A stretch of 64,000 nucleotides of DNA from Octopus vulgaris. Its lineage: Eukaryota. Made by a program: the position numbers and the translations under genes. The number at the start of each line of letters is the position of its first letter. The stretch's first letter is position 1. Under the pieces are notes generated by a model. That model was not told where the DNA came from and searched no databases. It was given only the letters and a program-made list of their open reading frames with translations. Shown here in pieces: positions 11,874 to 25,309 of this stretch. The stretch spans positions 88,350,001-88,414,000 of the forward strand of contig OX597822.1 in assembly GCA_951406725.2 (NCBI GenBank), given 5' to 3'.

Positions 11874-13705
11874 GTAGGTTGGGATATTTATAAATATTTA
11901 CATCAACTTAATTCACTTTGATACAAGACCAGATAAACCATATATATATGCATACACACACACACATATTTATATATATATATTATGTATTATATATATA
12001 TAATTTTTTAATGGTCTTACAGGATTTATCAATTTTACACATTCATTGTAATATTGTAATCAGATCAGATTCTGAAGTATGGTAGCGAAATTAAAAATTC
12101 TTCACTTATGTATATATCTACTTATTTTCTTATTGAACCACAGGTCAGCTTGATATCTAGAATACGTCAGTTCCACTATTCCGGTGTTTTGTCCAGATAC
12201 GATGATCTTAGATGACATCCTATGCGTTCTGTTTTGGGGGCAGTAAAGTGTGTTTTGAGGGTGTTTTGGTTGCTATTTCCAGTCGATTATGTAACCATGA
12301 AAAATCGTAGAAATGTTTCGTAGGGTCCATCAATGCAATAACAACACTTAAATTTAAGAATATCTTAAAGCACTAACAATAGCATTAAATTATTTCTGTT
12401 ATTTCCCTTGGTCGGATGTTACAGAATTATTTCCTTTTTCGCGTTCTGAAACCCTGTTTTAGTCATGTTCTTTTCTTTCTTTTTTTTTTATGCGTGTCGT
12501 CAAGTCTCACACGTATATTAATGCTACTCCACCTTATTATAAATACTGTATATATGATGTATATGTGTGTCTGTGTGTGTAGCACGACTGTAGACTTCGG
12601 GTCTTTGTGATTTTGATGGAGGCTAATTTCGTTTCCTTTCAAACCCATGGATGGATTTAAGATGGCTTATATCATAATTTTATTCAAATTTAAGATGCAT
12701 TATAAGCATTGTCACTTTACCTTTCATCGCACCTGAGTCGATAAAATAAAGTACCAGACAAGTACTGGAGTCGATTCTTATCATGGATGCGTATTATATG
12801 TAACTAAAGTTATTATAGAAAACACGTTTCTTTTCAGTCAGTGAACTACATTATCCAATGTGTCCTTCCTTTGAGATGGTAAGGATGTAATTTAAGGAGG
12901 ACTTAGCTGCTGTTTCTAGCAGGGCAAGTAGCTACGTAGAGGTTACTTCGATGGCTTAGTCTTCTGTGTCTCCTAATACTGTTTGTGCTGAGCCTTAGAA
13001 AGGGAAATGTCCTTGTTAGGAACACTGCACAACTTTGACAATGCAGTCATGACTGTATAGTTAACGAGTTTAGTGCTCAACGATATGGTTTTGGGTTCAG
13101 TCACACTGCACAGTACCTTGAGCAAGTGTCTTCTACAATGGCATCAGGACAACCAATGCCATGTGAGTAAATTTGGTAAACAGAAACTGTTCAGAAGACC
13201 ATCATGTATATGTGTGTATGTGTGTGTACATTTGTTATAAAGGTGAGATTAATAGTTCAAGAAATTATAACCTTGAACCTGCAAGTACCCTTTAGCAGCC
13301 ATAATTGTGTTTGACTATACCTCTGGAAGATGCGTAAGTAAGTGGCCAGATGGCTTTGTGTTACAGCTGAAAATAACAATGTTTCTGCTTATAAACCATG
13401 TGACTACCAACTTTGTGTCTTTCATGAGTAGTATCAAACGAAATCCTCCTTGCTAAAGTGTACTCATAGGAGCAATGGTGCCAAACATTTTATTAATGTG
13501 AATCTTGTTTCATTAGTTTGCTATTCTGGGATCAAGTTCTGTTAGTGCTAACACTTAGAAAGGGATAGTCTACATTCACATAACTGACTTATCCTAAAAT
13601 ACTTCCTATAAAGTCACTGTTTCCAAGAAAAAAAATGTAAAATTCCCACATATAGACTCAGCAAAGATACCCAGACTTTGAGTGAAAGGTCTGGATGCCT
13701 TAGTA

Positions 13706-13936
13706 CAGTGTTTCTCAACCATTTTTACCTATATACGCCTTTGATTCCTATTTTACTCAGGTGGACCATCTTCACTCAATGTTTAAAAAATCCTATTATA
13801 TTTTTATAATTAAGTATTATCAAGAATTGTATAAAAATAATTAATAAAATAGTTTGTGTATTTTAGAAGTATAACCAATTTATTGTAGATAGATTTTAAC
13901 AACAAAATATTATTTGGACCCAGTTGAGAACCACTG
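13706..13936. mobile_element. hAT (Charlie-like) MITE
   Basis: TIRs cagtgtttctcaac / gttgagaaccactg; perfect 8-bp TSD ccttagta (13698-13705, 13937-13944). Confidence 0.9.
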
Positions 13937-15979
13937 CCTTAGTAGGTAATACATGAGTTTAGGTAATCATCCCTTCATCTCATATGAAAGTGCCCACTAC
14001 AGCAGTTAACTGTTCAATGCCGTTTTCTTAAACAATCATTTCTATTTCTAAAATCATGTTTGTCAATGTTGTAAACTCTCTGGAATTAACATCATTAGTT
14101 TAATGAGGTTTCTTCTTTTGCAAAGCTTTTTTTTTTAAGAATATCTACCTTGCACATGCAAACATCTTTCAAAACAGATTTTTTTTTAATCTTGGGAGAG
14201 TCATTACACCAATAAGAAACACACACATTGGTTCTCTTTTACTTGTTATTATTATCATTATTATTGAATGAGAGAGCAGAGCATGCCAGCAAAGTGACAT
14301 TGGGGTAAAATATACAAAGCCTGTACATCCATCATGACTACCCGTCTAATAAGGATACACCAAGCACATGCCTTACAATCATATGTGCACAACATGGTGA
14401 TCTCATATCAAGATAAACAGCTCATGACCTTGCAAGTGGGGCCATGTTAAAATTTTTTTCAGGTCAAGTAGCCCATCCCACTCAAAAGGTCTCTATATAA
14501 GAGTTGTTTAAGGATGTTGAATGAAACAGCCATGTTTCCAGAGGTGAATTATCCAAACCCCAAAAAACTCCTCTCAACACATGGCTATGGTGCTCCCCAA
14601 CTACTACTGTTCGTGATCAGAGATGCACATATTGTCAGCCACTAAGGGACATGCTCAACTACTTAAGGTCAAACAACTGACAAGCAAATCTGTGGTATTG
14701 AGCAGAACAATGAGTATAAATACAACACAGTGGACTGGGCGAACTGTAAGAATGTTGGACTAAATGCTTTATGATATTTGTTCCAGCTCTTTGTGTTCTG
14801 AGTTCAAATCCCACTGTGACCAACTTGGGTGCCAGACTTAATCCATCATCTAGTTTAATACCTCTACTTGGCATCTTGGGTGTCTTTAATGAAACTCATT
14901 CTGTTGCAAGCATTTGGGTTTGGACTTTGGTTTGAGGATACCTTCTTCCTACCATCCCACCAGTGTCAGAGGCCCAAATGACGTCTAAAAGTTTGAGTTA
15001 AACCAAAGATTTACTGAAAAACTGAAAAACATCAACCTACTACACCACCACAACCAAATATAGACATTTTTATCTCCCCTCTCCCATTATTAATCAGGAG
15101 ATATTTATTCGTGTAAGAGTTTGCTTCCATATAATTCTTTCTTTACCTGGGCTTTGGACAAAACTAAAACGTTTAAAGCCATCCAAATTTAGTCAACTTG
15201 GTAGTTTCTCATTCCCTTTTCAATCCATACAATGGTTCTTCCACCACCACCACCACCATCTATCTAAGAAGGACTACTGATTTAAAATACGTAATTAAAA
15301 ACCATCATGATACTGTACGAGCCCATAAACAAGGGGCATGACTCTGTACGACACAGCAGTTTATTATCAATTTTGGCCTTATTGAAATTGACCAGTTTTA
15401 GAAATTTTTAGATATGTCTGACTTTGTCACTGGTTTACTGGTTTAAATTAACCAGGACTGTTATTTAACCCTATCTTCACATTTTAAAATTGTTATCTTA
15501 CGACTTTGTTGAATTGCAAGATTTAGTATTTGATGACCATTAAAACCAATAAATTTTCAACTTGATAGACGAAGGATTAGCTGAAGAGTATCTCATTGTA
15601 AAAACAACAGCTGCAGTGATATGCTGATTTCAGTTTTTCCATAGGACATACCTGACGAACTGAATGTGTGATTAAGATTTGATTTGCAATTGTAATTACT
15701 TATGATATTGGGAATCTTGAGAAAGATTTCCATTTTTTTATACATGTTAATATTTATAATATTGTAAGGCGACAAACTGGCAGAATCATTAGCATGCCAG
15801 ACAAAATGCTTAGCAGCATTTCGTCTGTCTTCACGTTCAAATTCTACCAACGTCGATTGTGCCTTCCATCCTTTCAGACTGGGGTTGATGTAATTGACTT
15901 ATACCCTTCCTGAATTTTGTTGGCCTTGTACCAAAATTTGAAACCAGTATTTATATATTGTGATGTTTCATTATTTCAG

Positions 15980-16113
15980 GCAGAGAGAAAGGCAGTCAAC
16001 CGTTACTACCCTCCTGACTGGAACCCCAGTAAGGGGTCAATCAATAAGTATGTTGGTTCTCACCCCCTGCGAGAACGAGCCCGTAAACTCAGTCAAGGCA
16101 TACTTGTTATCAG
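15980..16113 (+). CDS. YJU2B: YJU2B/CCDC130 exon 2
   Basis: tttcag|...|gtaaga; AERKAVNRYYPPDWNPSKGSINKYVGSHPLRERARKLSQGILVIR matches the CCDC130 N-terminus. Confidence 0.97.
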
Positions 16114-17589
16114 GTAAGATATTTTCATATCACATGGGAATACAAAGTTATGTCATTCTAGAGTATTGTTGTCATATACAACCTCAAAAATACAATATGT
16201 TCTTTGTTACTCTACAGTACTGTTCTCTTAGGATGACAGAACAGCCTAAAAGAATGCATGCACGCACACACACATACACACACATGTGCACGTGCGCACA
16301 CACACACATACACACATACACACACACACTCACACCTTATGTCACTTTCCCAAAAGAAAGTGAAGCAGTCTCTTCATTTACAAACCTCCAGTCATTAATA
16401 GGGTACAGTATTCTGCTTACTGTTGAGTTGTATACTCTCTCTGTCTCTGACTCTTCAATCATCATCATCATTTATTCTCTGTTATCCATGCTGGCATGGC
16501 TGTATGATAGGAGCTGCCAAGTCAGAAGATTCTACCAGTCTGTTTTGGTATGGTTTTTTATGGCTGGATGCCCTTACTGAGTGGAATGGGTGCTTTTTAC
16601 TTGGCAGTAACACTAGTAAGGTCTGCTTTGGCATGGTTTTTACAGGTGGATGCCCTTCCAAATGCCAACTACTTTAGTGTGGACTGGATGCTTTTTACAT
16701 GACACCTGCACTGGTAGGGTCACCAAGTAACTCACAAGACAAAGATCTTTTGAGAAGCAGGATATTGGAAGAGGTAGCCTTGTGCCAGAAGATGAGAGGT
16801 TATAGTGTGACAAGGACAGAAATGGGGGTCTTGCCTTAGAGGAGATACATGATTACCCAGTCAAAACTTTGTCCTAAAATTTGTTTGTGTCTGCATTTTC
16901 CCCATTCAACTAACCCTAACCCTAAACTATGACATTGCAGTTAGAATATTATCTCTCCAAATATACCACATTTGTATCCATTCACCAGTTAAATAATGTT
17001 TAAAATAGCTGTAGACACAATCCTTGTTCCTTATTCTGTTCTGTTATTTGCATGAGAATCTTACAGCCATCAGCTTTCTTACATCACAGAGCCATACATT
17101 TCTATTTTATCCAGTGGAGAGCCTAAAAATAAATGGCAGGGTATGATTTTGAGAGAAATATTGAGTGGTGGGTATATGAAACAGACAAAGAAAGGGAAAG
17201 AGTTATGTTGGGGGTTAGCAAGTGCTAATAGGGTAGGTTGAGTAGGAGGATCCAGTGCTAACCCACATTATAAGCGAACATGGAAGTGTAGGAAGAAAGG
17301 GAGAAAGATATGAGGGTGAGAAGGACCCAGAGAGACTAGGGAGAAGACTGTTGAAAGAAATACTCTTGAGGTTGTTGATGGTAGGTCAGAGAAAGAGAAA
17401 TTTGAAGGTATTGAGGTGGTAGCGAAACTATGGTGAGAGGTAAGTATGAGAAACTGAGGCAGAGGGTGGGAGAGTAGTGGGTGAATACAGTGAGAGCTAT
17501 GAGTGAAAGAGATACTGAAAGGTACCATAGAGGTGGAGGGAGAGTACAAGGGTGAATGAAGTGAAAGCATCCTAGTTATACTCTCCTTG

Positions 17590-18060
17590 TTAGTCTTCTC
17601 TCTACCATGCTTGCTTGAAAGAGCAGGTTCTCTCCTGTACAGTATGTCATCAATGTTAAAGTTACTTGTCATTGCTTTCGTGAGGTTCACCATCCTGAGA
17701 TCAATCTTCATTACTTCATCCCATGTTTTGCCTCGTCTCCCTCTTCTGTGGGTTCCATCTACTGTGAGCAAGTAGTGCATCTTTATACAACTGCCCTCAT
17801 CCATATGCATCACATGCTCATACCAATGTGTGCACACTACAGTACATTTTTCTCTCAAATTTATCATCCATTCATACACACTGACATTTCACATCCAGTG
17901 GAACATGCTTGTTTCATTCCTTTCTATAGTTTTTGCATGTCTTCAACTTTAATGGCCCACATCTCACAACCATGTAGTATTGTTGCTCACACATAAGTAT
18001 AATACAATCTGCCTGTCACTCTAAGAGAGAGAAAGAGAGAGACCTTTTATTACCAACAGA
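17590..18060 (-). mobile_element. RTE LINE ORF2 C-terminal fragment
   Basis: HWYEHVMHMDE...GTHRRGRRGKTWDEV; same family as 25310-26365. Confidence 0.8.
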
Positions 18061-18096
18061 CCTAAATGCTTTCATTTTATTTCATAACTTTTCCAG

Positions 18097-18271
18097 GTTT
18101 GAGTTGCCGTATAATATTTGGTGTGGTGGCTGTAACAGTCATATTGGAATGGGCGTACGTTACAATGCGGAGAAGAAAAAGACTGGCAACTATTACAGCA
18201 CTCCCATATATACATTTCGCATGAAGTGTCACTTATGTGACAACTATTTTGAGATCCAGACTGATCCAAAG
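18097..18271 (+). CDS. YJU2B: YJU2B/CCDC130 exon 3 (zinc-binding Saf4/Yju2 core)
   Basis: ttccag|...|gtaaaa; FELPYNIWCGGCNSHIGMGVRYNAEKKKTGNYYSTPIYTFRMKCHLCDNYFEIQTDPK. Confidence 0.97.
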
Positions 18272-18313
18272 GTAAAAAAATGCATATTGTTTTGTTTAGC
18301 TCTTGACTAGATC

Positions 18314-18344
<31 letters not shown>

Positions 18345-18399
18345 GTAACCATATATATATATATATATATGTAACCAAATCAAACAAAATCAAAATAGA

Positions 18400-18885
18400 T
18401 GAACATCAATGGAATTTGTATCTTTGTGGTACCAGTGCCGGTAGCACACAAGAAAACCATCCGAACGTGGCCGTAGCCAGTACCGCACCGACTGGCCTCC
18501 ATGCTGTGGGCACGTAACAATCACCATCCAATAGTGGCCGATTGCCAGCCTAATCTGGCTCCTGTGTCGGTGGCACATAAAAAACACCATCCGAGCGTGG
18601 TCGTCTGCTAGCCTTGTTTGGCACCTGTGTCGGTGGCACATAAAAACACCATCCGAGCGTGGCCGTTCGCCAGCCTCGTCTGGCACCTGTGTCGGTGGCA
18701 CATAAAATCACCCACTACACTCTCGGAATGGTTGGCGTTAGGAAGGGCATCCAGCTGTAGAAACACTGCCAGATCTGACTGGCCTGGTGCAGCCTTCGGG
18801 CTCCCCAGACCCCAGTTGAACCGTCCAACCCATGCTAGCATGGAAAGCGGACGTTAAATGATGATGATGATGATGATGATGATGT
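18400..18885 (+). mobile_element. RTE LINE 3' UTR copy with internal ~62-bp tandem units and (GAT)n tail
   Basis: Ends ggcgttaggaagggcatccagctgtagaaac...cggacgttaaatgatgatg; further copies near 21220-21890(-), 36595(-), 40400(-), 49240-49520(+), 62050-62485(-). Confidence 0.85.
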
Positions 18886-18916
18886 ATCTCAGTGTGTGTG
18901 TGTGTTTATATCTATA

Positions 18917-18948
<32 letters not shown>

Positions 18949-18989
18949 AACCATGTATCTCCTCTGCAGCAAGACACCTGTTTCCATCC

Positions 18990-19215
18990 CTCTTATTTCT
19001 TTATTGCCCACAAGGGGCTAAATGTGGAGGGGACAGACAAAGGGATTAAGTCGATTACATCAACCCCAGTGTGTAACTGGTACTTAATTTATCGACCCTG
19101 AAAGGATGAAAGGCAAAGGTCGACCTCGGCAGAATTTGAACTCAGAAAGTAACAGCAGACGAAATACCACTAAGCATTTCGCCCGGCATGCTAACGTTCC
19201 TGCCAGCTCACTGCC
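18990..19215 (-). mobile_element. tRNA-derived SINE (family with cctttcatcctttcggggtcgataaa..agtaccag core)
   Basis: Reverse complement of the 22124-22358 copy; many copies across the window. Confidence 0.85.
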
Positions 19216-19629
19216 TTTTCTATCCCTCTATCACACTTTAACCTTTCATTATCTGGCACAAGGCCACCTGCTCCATTCCTCCCCCCACCATCACCACCAC
19301 CACCACTCAAAAGATCTTTATCTTGCAAGTAACTCGGTGACCCTACCATTGCTGGTGCTACTTAAAAAGGCCACACTGTAAAGTGGTTGGCATTTGGAAG
19401 GGCATCCAGCTGTAAAAACCATGTTAAAATCATTAGCACACTGAGCAGAATACTTAGCAACATTTTGTCTGTCTCTATGTCCTGAATTCAAATTCTTCCA
19501 AGTTCAAATTTGCTTTTCATCCTTTCAGAGTTAATAAAATAAGTACCAGTTGAGCCCTGGGGTCGATGTAATTGGCTTACCTTCTCCTCCAAAATTGCCA
19601 GTTTTGTACGAAAATTTGAAACCACCACC

Positions 19630-19680
<51 letters not shown>

Positions 19681-19949
19681 GGAGTGAGACTGGCAGAATT
19701 GTTAATATTTAGGACGAAATCCATAGCAACTTTTTGTCCAGCTGTTGATCTGAGTTCAAATTCTGCCAAAGTTGACTTTGCCGTTCATCTTTTTGGGGTG
19801 AATGTGATAAGTACCAGTCAAACATTGGGGTTGATGTAATCAACTAGCCACCCCCCTCACCTCCAAAGGTGAGATTTTGTGCTTATAGTAGAAAGAATTA
19901 TTATTACTAATTTCAGTTAATCCGAAAAATTAAATTTCTTTTTCCACAG

Positions 19950-20034
19950 AATCATGATTATGTGATATTAAGTGGAGCAAGACGTAAAGAACAGAGGTGG
20001 GACCCAAAAGAAAATGAACAAATTGTTCCTGAAG
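19950..20034 (+). CDS. YJU2B: YJU2B/CCDC130 exon 4
   Basis: ccacag|...|gttagt; NHDYVILSGARRKEQRWDPKENEQIVPE; absent from the ORF track. Confidence 0.95.
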
Positions 20035-22123
20035 GTTAGTTTTTATGTGTAATATTTTATCATTAGCAGAAACTTCATACTGCCAGGCTAAATGTCATGT
20101 AATAGTTACAGCCTTTTACTTGTGTAGTTCTGTTCTTCTTGAAGTCAATTTTACTTTACCTATTTCCTCTTTTTAATTATTATGATTCAGTGAAAAAGGG
20201 AGAGGCAGTACCATGGCTTTGTGCACAACCTTGTGGTGAGGAAGAAACCACAACACAGTTGAAAACTGCATTAAAATACTGTTATTGTTCACTCAAGATA
20301 ATTTAAGAGCTTGTATCAAAGTGGACTATGCTTGAGGCACACAAGGACCAGGTGGTGTTGGGTTTTTTTTTACCGTATTACTGTTCATATATGAAGGTGC
20401 ATAGTTCAGTAGTTAGAGCATTGGACTCGCAATCATGAGCTAGTGAGTTCAGGTATTGGATAGAGTTGTGTGTTGTGTTCTTGAGCAAGACACTTTATTT
20501 CATGTTTCGCCGGTTCACTTAGCTGTAGAAATGAGTTGTGATGTTGCTAGTGCCAAGCTGTATTGGCTTTTGCCTTTCTCTTGGATTACATCAGTGTCAT
20601 GAAGAGGGGAGGCTGGTATGTATGAGCTACTGCTGGTCTTCCATAAACAACCTTGCCTGGACTTGTGCCTCAGAGGAGAACTTTCCAGGTGCAATCCCTT
20701 GGTCATTCATGACTGAAGGGGGTCTTTACCCTATTTACTGTTGACATGTGCTGCCTTTAAGTCAATTCATTTTGAAAATAATAAAGAATTAAGTAAAATA
20801 ATTTTGTCATTATTAAACTGGTGTTTGATACATAAATTAACATGAAATTTTGAAGAAAACTTTTAATTTAGGTCATTTTAAACTGGAAGTTTGTATTGTA
20901 GAACCAGGGGCTGTTTTGAAGTGAGTTAATATCAAGAGTTAAATTGGACAACAGGTACAGTTTATCACACAAGACTAGAGCATTTGTTATTTATAGATTA
21001 ATAAGTGTAATGAAGATGGCTTAAGTTAAAAAAATAGTTCTGATGATAATTACATTACAGTATTTAGTTTCAATTATCTTGGTTCTAAGTTTAGTCTCCA
21101 GCTAGAGTCAATTTATCTTAGATCCATTCATTTAACTGTAACTTTACCCTACATGAGCATTTAGTCCTGGATCTAATCAAAAGAAACCATTCTACTACCT
21201 TGGTGTATAGATAATATATCATCATCATAATCATCATCATCATTTAACGTCCGCTTTCCATGCTAGCATGGGTTGGACGATTTGACTGAGGTCTGGCGAA
21301 CCAAACTCCAATCTGATCTGGCAGTTTCTACAGCTGGATGCCCTTCCTAATGCCAACCATTCTGAAAGTGTAGTGGGTGCTTTTACGTGCCACCAGCACG
21401 AGGGCCAGTTTGGTGGAACTGGCACGGCCACGCCCAAATGGTGCTTTTTATGTGCCACTTGCACAGGAGCCAGTCCTGCGGCACTGACGATGACCTCGCT
21501 CGAATGTTTCACATGCCACCAGCACAAGTGCTAGTAAGGCGATGCGGTAACGATCATGCTCGAATGGTGTGTTTAATGTGCCATCAGCACAAACTGGCAG
21601 AGTTTCTACAGCTGGATGCCCTTCCTAATGCCAACCACTCTGAGAGTGTAGTAGGTGCTGTTACGTGCCACCAGCACGAAGGCCAGTTTGGTGGAACTGG
21701 CAACGGCCACGCCCAAATGTTGCTTTTTATGTGCCGCCTGCACAGGAGCGAGTTCAGCGGCACTGGCAACGACTTCGCTCGAATGTTTCACATGCCACCA
21801 GCACAGGTGCTAGTAAGGCAACGCGGTAACGATCACGCTCAAATGGTGTGTTTAATGTGCCAATGGCACGAAGGCCAGCTTGTTGCTCTATCAATGGCAC
21901 ATGACTACAGATTTAACCAATGTTACACAGGAGGAAGCATTGTTCATTATATTAACACCAGTACTTGACTGTGGAAGGATGAAAAGCAAAATTAATTGTA
22001 GCAGGGTTGAACTCAAAACATAAAGTGCTGTAACTAAATACTGCAAGGTATTTTACCCAATGCTTTACCATTTCTGCCAGTCAGTTGCCCTGTAGTAGAT
22101 CTGGTGGTATTTATTTACCTTCT

Positions 22124-22358
22124 TTAAGGCAGCGAGCTGGCAGAAACATTAGCAAACCGGGCGAAATGCGTAGCCGTATTTTGTCTGCTGTTACATTCTG
22201 AGTTCAAATTCCGCCGAGGTCGACTTTGCCTTTCATCCTTTCGTGGTTGATAAATTAAGTACCAGTTACGCACTGGGGTCGATATAATTGACTTAACCCG
22301 TTTGTCTGTCCTTGTTTGTCCTCTCTGTGTTTAGCCCCTTGTGGGTAGTAAAGAAATA
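22124..22358 (+). mobile_element. Full-length tRNA-derived SINE with 18-bp TSD
   Basis: TSD ggtatttatttaccttct at 22106-22123 and 22359-22376; B-box gagttcaaattcc. Similar copies at 29411, 43470, 46837 (TSD cttcttagtatagt) and 47720(-). Confidence 0.9.
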
Positions 22359-23715
22359 GGTATTTATTTACCTTCTAAGTTTAAGCTCTACTGGATTTGG
22401 CATTGTTTCTCATTGTTCTGAGGTCAGTTAAAAAAGGTACCAGTCATTTACTGGGGGAAATTCCATCAATTATTATAAAACAGCAGAATAATAAAAAAAA
22501 AACCCCCAGTTATGTTCTGTGTCAGCAAACAATAATACAAATAATTCTAACTGTGAGAATGTGTTTATTCTTTCGAGAAAGAAGACAAGTATAATGTTTT
22601 AGGTAGAAGCCTTTGTCTAAGACAGATGAGATTTCCATTAGTGTCGCAGGATAGATAAATGGTATATTTATCAAGCAGCACCAGCAGACATTTTACTTTT
22701 CTCAATGAAGAGAATGTTTCATTTCTCTTCTTCTTTATGACATTAAGTATATTGTTTGAGCTTAATACCTTGACTTGACAATTTTATATCTGTGTGCTAA
22801 GTTAAAACCAATATTGTAGGGCTAATAAATACTGTAGATTAAAAGGTAAACTCTCTGCAAGATAAATCTACAACACTGTCTCTATACTCAGCTGGGGCCA
22901 TTTAACTTCTTATGCAAAAGAATATTATACCACATCACATTCGTGTCCCTAAAATCCAGATCATTTGAGATTTGTTGAAAAAAAAATCAAAATAACCAGT
23001 ATTCCAGGGTTAGTATTTCAAAGCTGATTATCCAACAGGTCTTCTCATCAAGTCAGGTCACCAACACTATTTAGGAGGTATGAGCATCATCACTGCTCAG
23101 TTTATGTGAGATTCACAATGGAGTATTGCTCCCACATTTAGGTCAGTGTTGCTGCATCACATACAAACAACTTAGATTACTGCAAAAGACAAAACAAAAA
23201 AAGCCTACCTGACTGATTGTTATGGAGATACACATCAACACACTCAACCTCTGGTCTCTGGATGTTCTGTGTCTCCTCTTACTGACTTAGCTATTGCAAC
23301 TACAGTGGCCTCTACTCCCTAAAGCTGGTTAATATCAAGCCACATCCACCAAAGCCTAATTGACTCGCATTTCTTTCTTCTTTTTAATCCATATTGTAGC
23401 TGCGCCCCTCTTCCATACCTTGCACTAGCCAATATGTCTAATTCTGTCTCCCCTGTATGTAATTCCTCTGGATTTCCACCACTGCTCATGTCTTTCCTGC
23501 AGTTATTCCAGAAGAATATTCCTCTCAAAAGTTATTCAAATTCTATGACCATTTACAGTTCCTTCCTGCAGACCAAACAAAATATAAAATAATAAAAAAA
23601 ATTGTTATCTATTAAGTAAAGGATCTTAATGCCTTATTGGATATGGTAGACTTCATCTATAATTAATGGTAATACAACATGGTTAGAATATTGTTTGTGC
23701 ACAATGTCTTTACAG

Positions 23716-23888
23716 ATAAAGACACTCAGAAAAAGCTGGTGAAAGATGCCATGTATAAATTGGAACATGGTTCTGATGATAAACAAAAACTGGTAACTGG
23801 GCTTCCAAGTCTTGCTGAACTGGAAGAAAAACAGGAAGTGTACAGAGATGATTTCATCCTAAATTCCTTGGCTCGCAGCAAGTTTCGG
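23716..23888 (+). CDS. YJU2B: YJU2B/CCDC130 exon 5
   Basis: ttacag|...|gtgagt; DKDTQKKLVKDAMYKLEHGSDDKQKL...YRDDFILNSLARSKFR. Confidence 0.96.
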
Positions 23889-24408
23889 GTGAGTACTACA
23901 GATTTGGTCTAGTAGCTTCTGTCTGTGATTTCATCACAATTTCCACTATCATCATCATCTCCTTCATCATGATTTTCCTCCTCCTCATCATCATCATCAT
24001 CATCATCATCCATGAGTCAGCTGTGACATTCATACAATAATCCTTACTTACAAAAATACATTTTATGCTCTTGTTGTTAATGCTGACTTTTCATCTTTGT
24101 GGAATTCTTGAGTGATTCTACAGAGTTAAGACCTAAGCGGAACTATCCTAGAATAGTTTTGAATTGTCAGCTGCCAAATTTAATGTTTATGTATCATTTT
24201 TTCCTTTCTCTCCTTCTTTCGTCTCTCACTCTTTCTCAATCTTTCTCTTCCACTCACATTATCTCTTTTCTTCTCTCTTTACCTCTTTCTGTGTCTCTTC
24301 CTCCCTCTCTGCCACTTCTCATTTTCCTCTGTCTCTCTTTCTCCTTCTCTGTCTTTTCTCTCTCTACCTTTCTCACTTTCACTCTTTTCCTATCTTTCTC
24401 TGTTTTAG

Positions 24409-24547
24409 GAACATAAAAAATCTGAACAAGCTTCTCTTGAAGCTGACCAAGAAATCCAGAAACGATCCTCGCTGTCAATTCCTCTTGTTAAAGAGCATGA
24501 AGATGATGTTCGACTGGCTGGTTTGTTACACTATGAAACAACAAAAG
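24409..24547 (+). CDS. YJU2B: YJU2B/CCDC130 exon 6
   Basis: Long pyrimidine tract, ttttag|...|gtttga; EHKKSEQASLEADQEIQKRSSLSIPLVKEHEDDVRLAGLLHYETTK (cf. IPLVPETEDDRKLAALL). Confidence 0.93.
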
Positions 24548-24984
24548 GTTTGAATGTTTATGGCATCATTTCCTTTCTATTTCTGACCACTTCAGATTTT
24601 AAATCGTCTTGTACTAACACCTATGTTTATTTAACAATATAATCCTCCAATATAATCACAATTATGAAGGCCTGTGCATTCATCTATGCTGTTAAATGTC
24701 TCAAATATTTTATTTACCTCTTCATACCAGTGCAGCTGTTGTAAGCTCTAAACAGTACAAGTTTGAAGGAAGTGATGTATTCAGATAGCAGTGAGAATAG
24801 GTAGTAGGGTTTATAGAAAAATAATGTCAAGATTAAGTGCACTATATTTGCAGGTGTTGAGCTCTAGTTGACATAGAATGACCTCTTCTGAGACAGGAAG
24901 GTTGATAACAACAATTTCATAGCCATGGAGAAGAGCCAGAAGATTCTATATGGACTTTCTTTGTTGGAGACTATCAGTTTAAAC

Positions 24985-25296
24985 CAGTGGTTTTCAACCA
25001 TTTTTTTCTATTTGTGAACCCCTTTGATTACTATTCTACTCTGGCGGACTCCCTTAACCTCTCAATGTTTAAAAACTAGTTTTATAGATACTTCTTTCAA
25101 AATTCCTATTTAGTTTTACAAACATTATTTAGATTGAACCATGTAAAATGTTACAGAAAGAAACCTTGCTGCTTCTTCCAATAAATACATCAAAATCAAA
25201 ACATTTTCATGAACCCTTAATATACTACTGTGTGTATCCACTTTACTATTTTGTGTGGAACCCCAAAAATCTATGGACCCTGGTTGAGAACCACTG
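24985..25296. mobile_element. hAT (Charlie-like) MITE, second copy
   Basis: TIRs cagtggttttcaacc / ggttgagaaccactg; degenerate 8-bp TSD gtttaaac / gtctaaat. Confidence 0.8.
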
Positions 25297-25309
25297 GTCT
25301 AAATTAATA

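Noticed and set aside
15960-16580. 206-aa ORF overlapping YJU2B exon 2
   Set aside because: Wrong frame for the conserved peptide; runs through intron, microsatellite and repeat sequence
17268-17879. 203-aa minus-strand ORF
   Set aside because: RTE fragment reading into a pyrimidine-rich low-complexity tract
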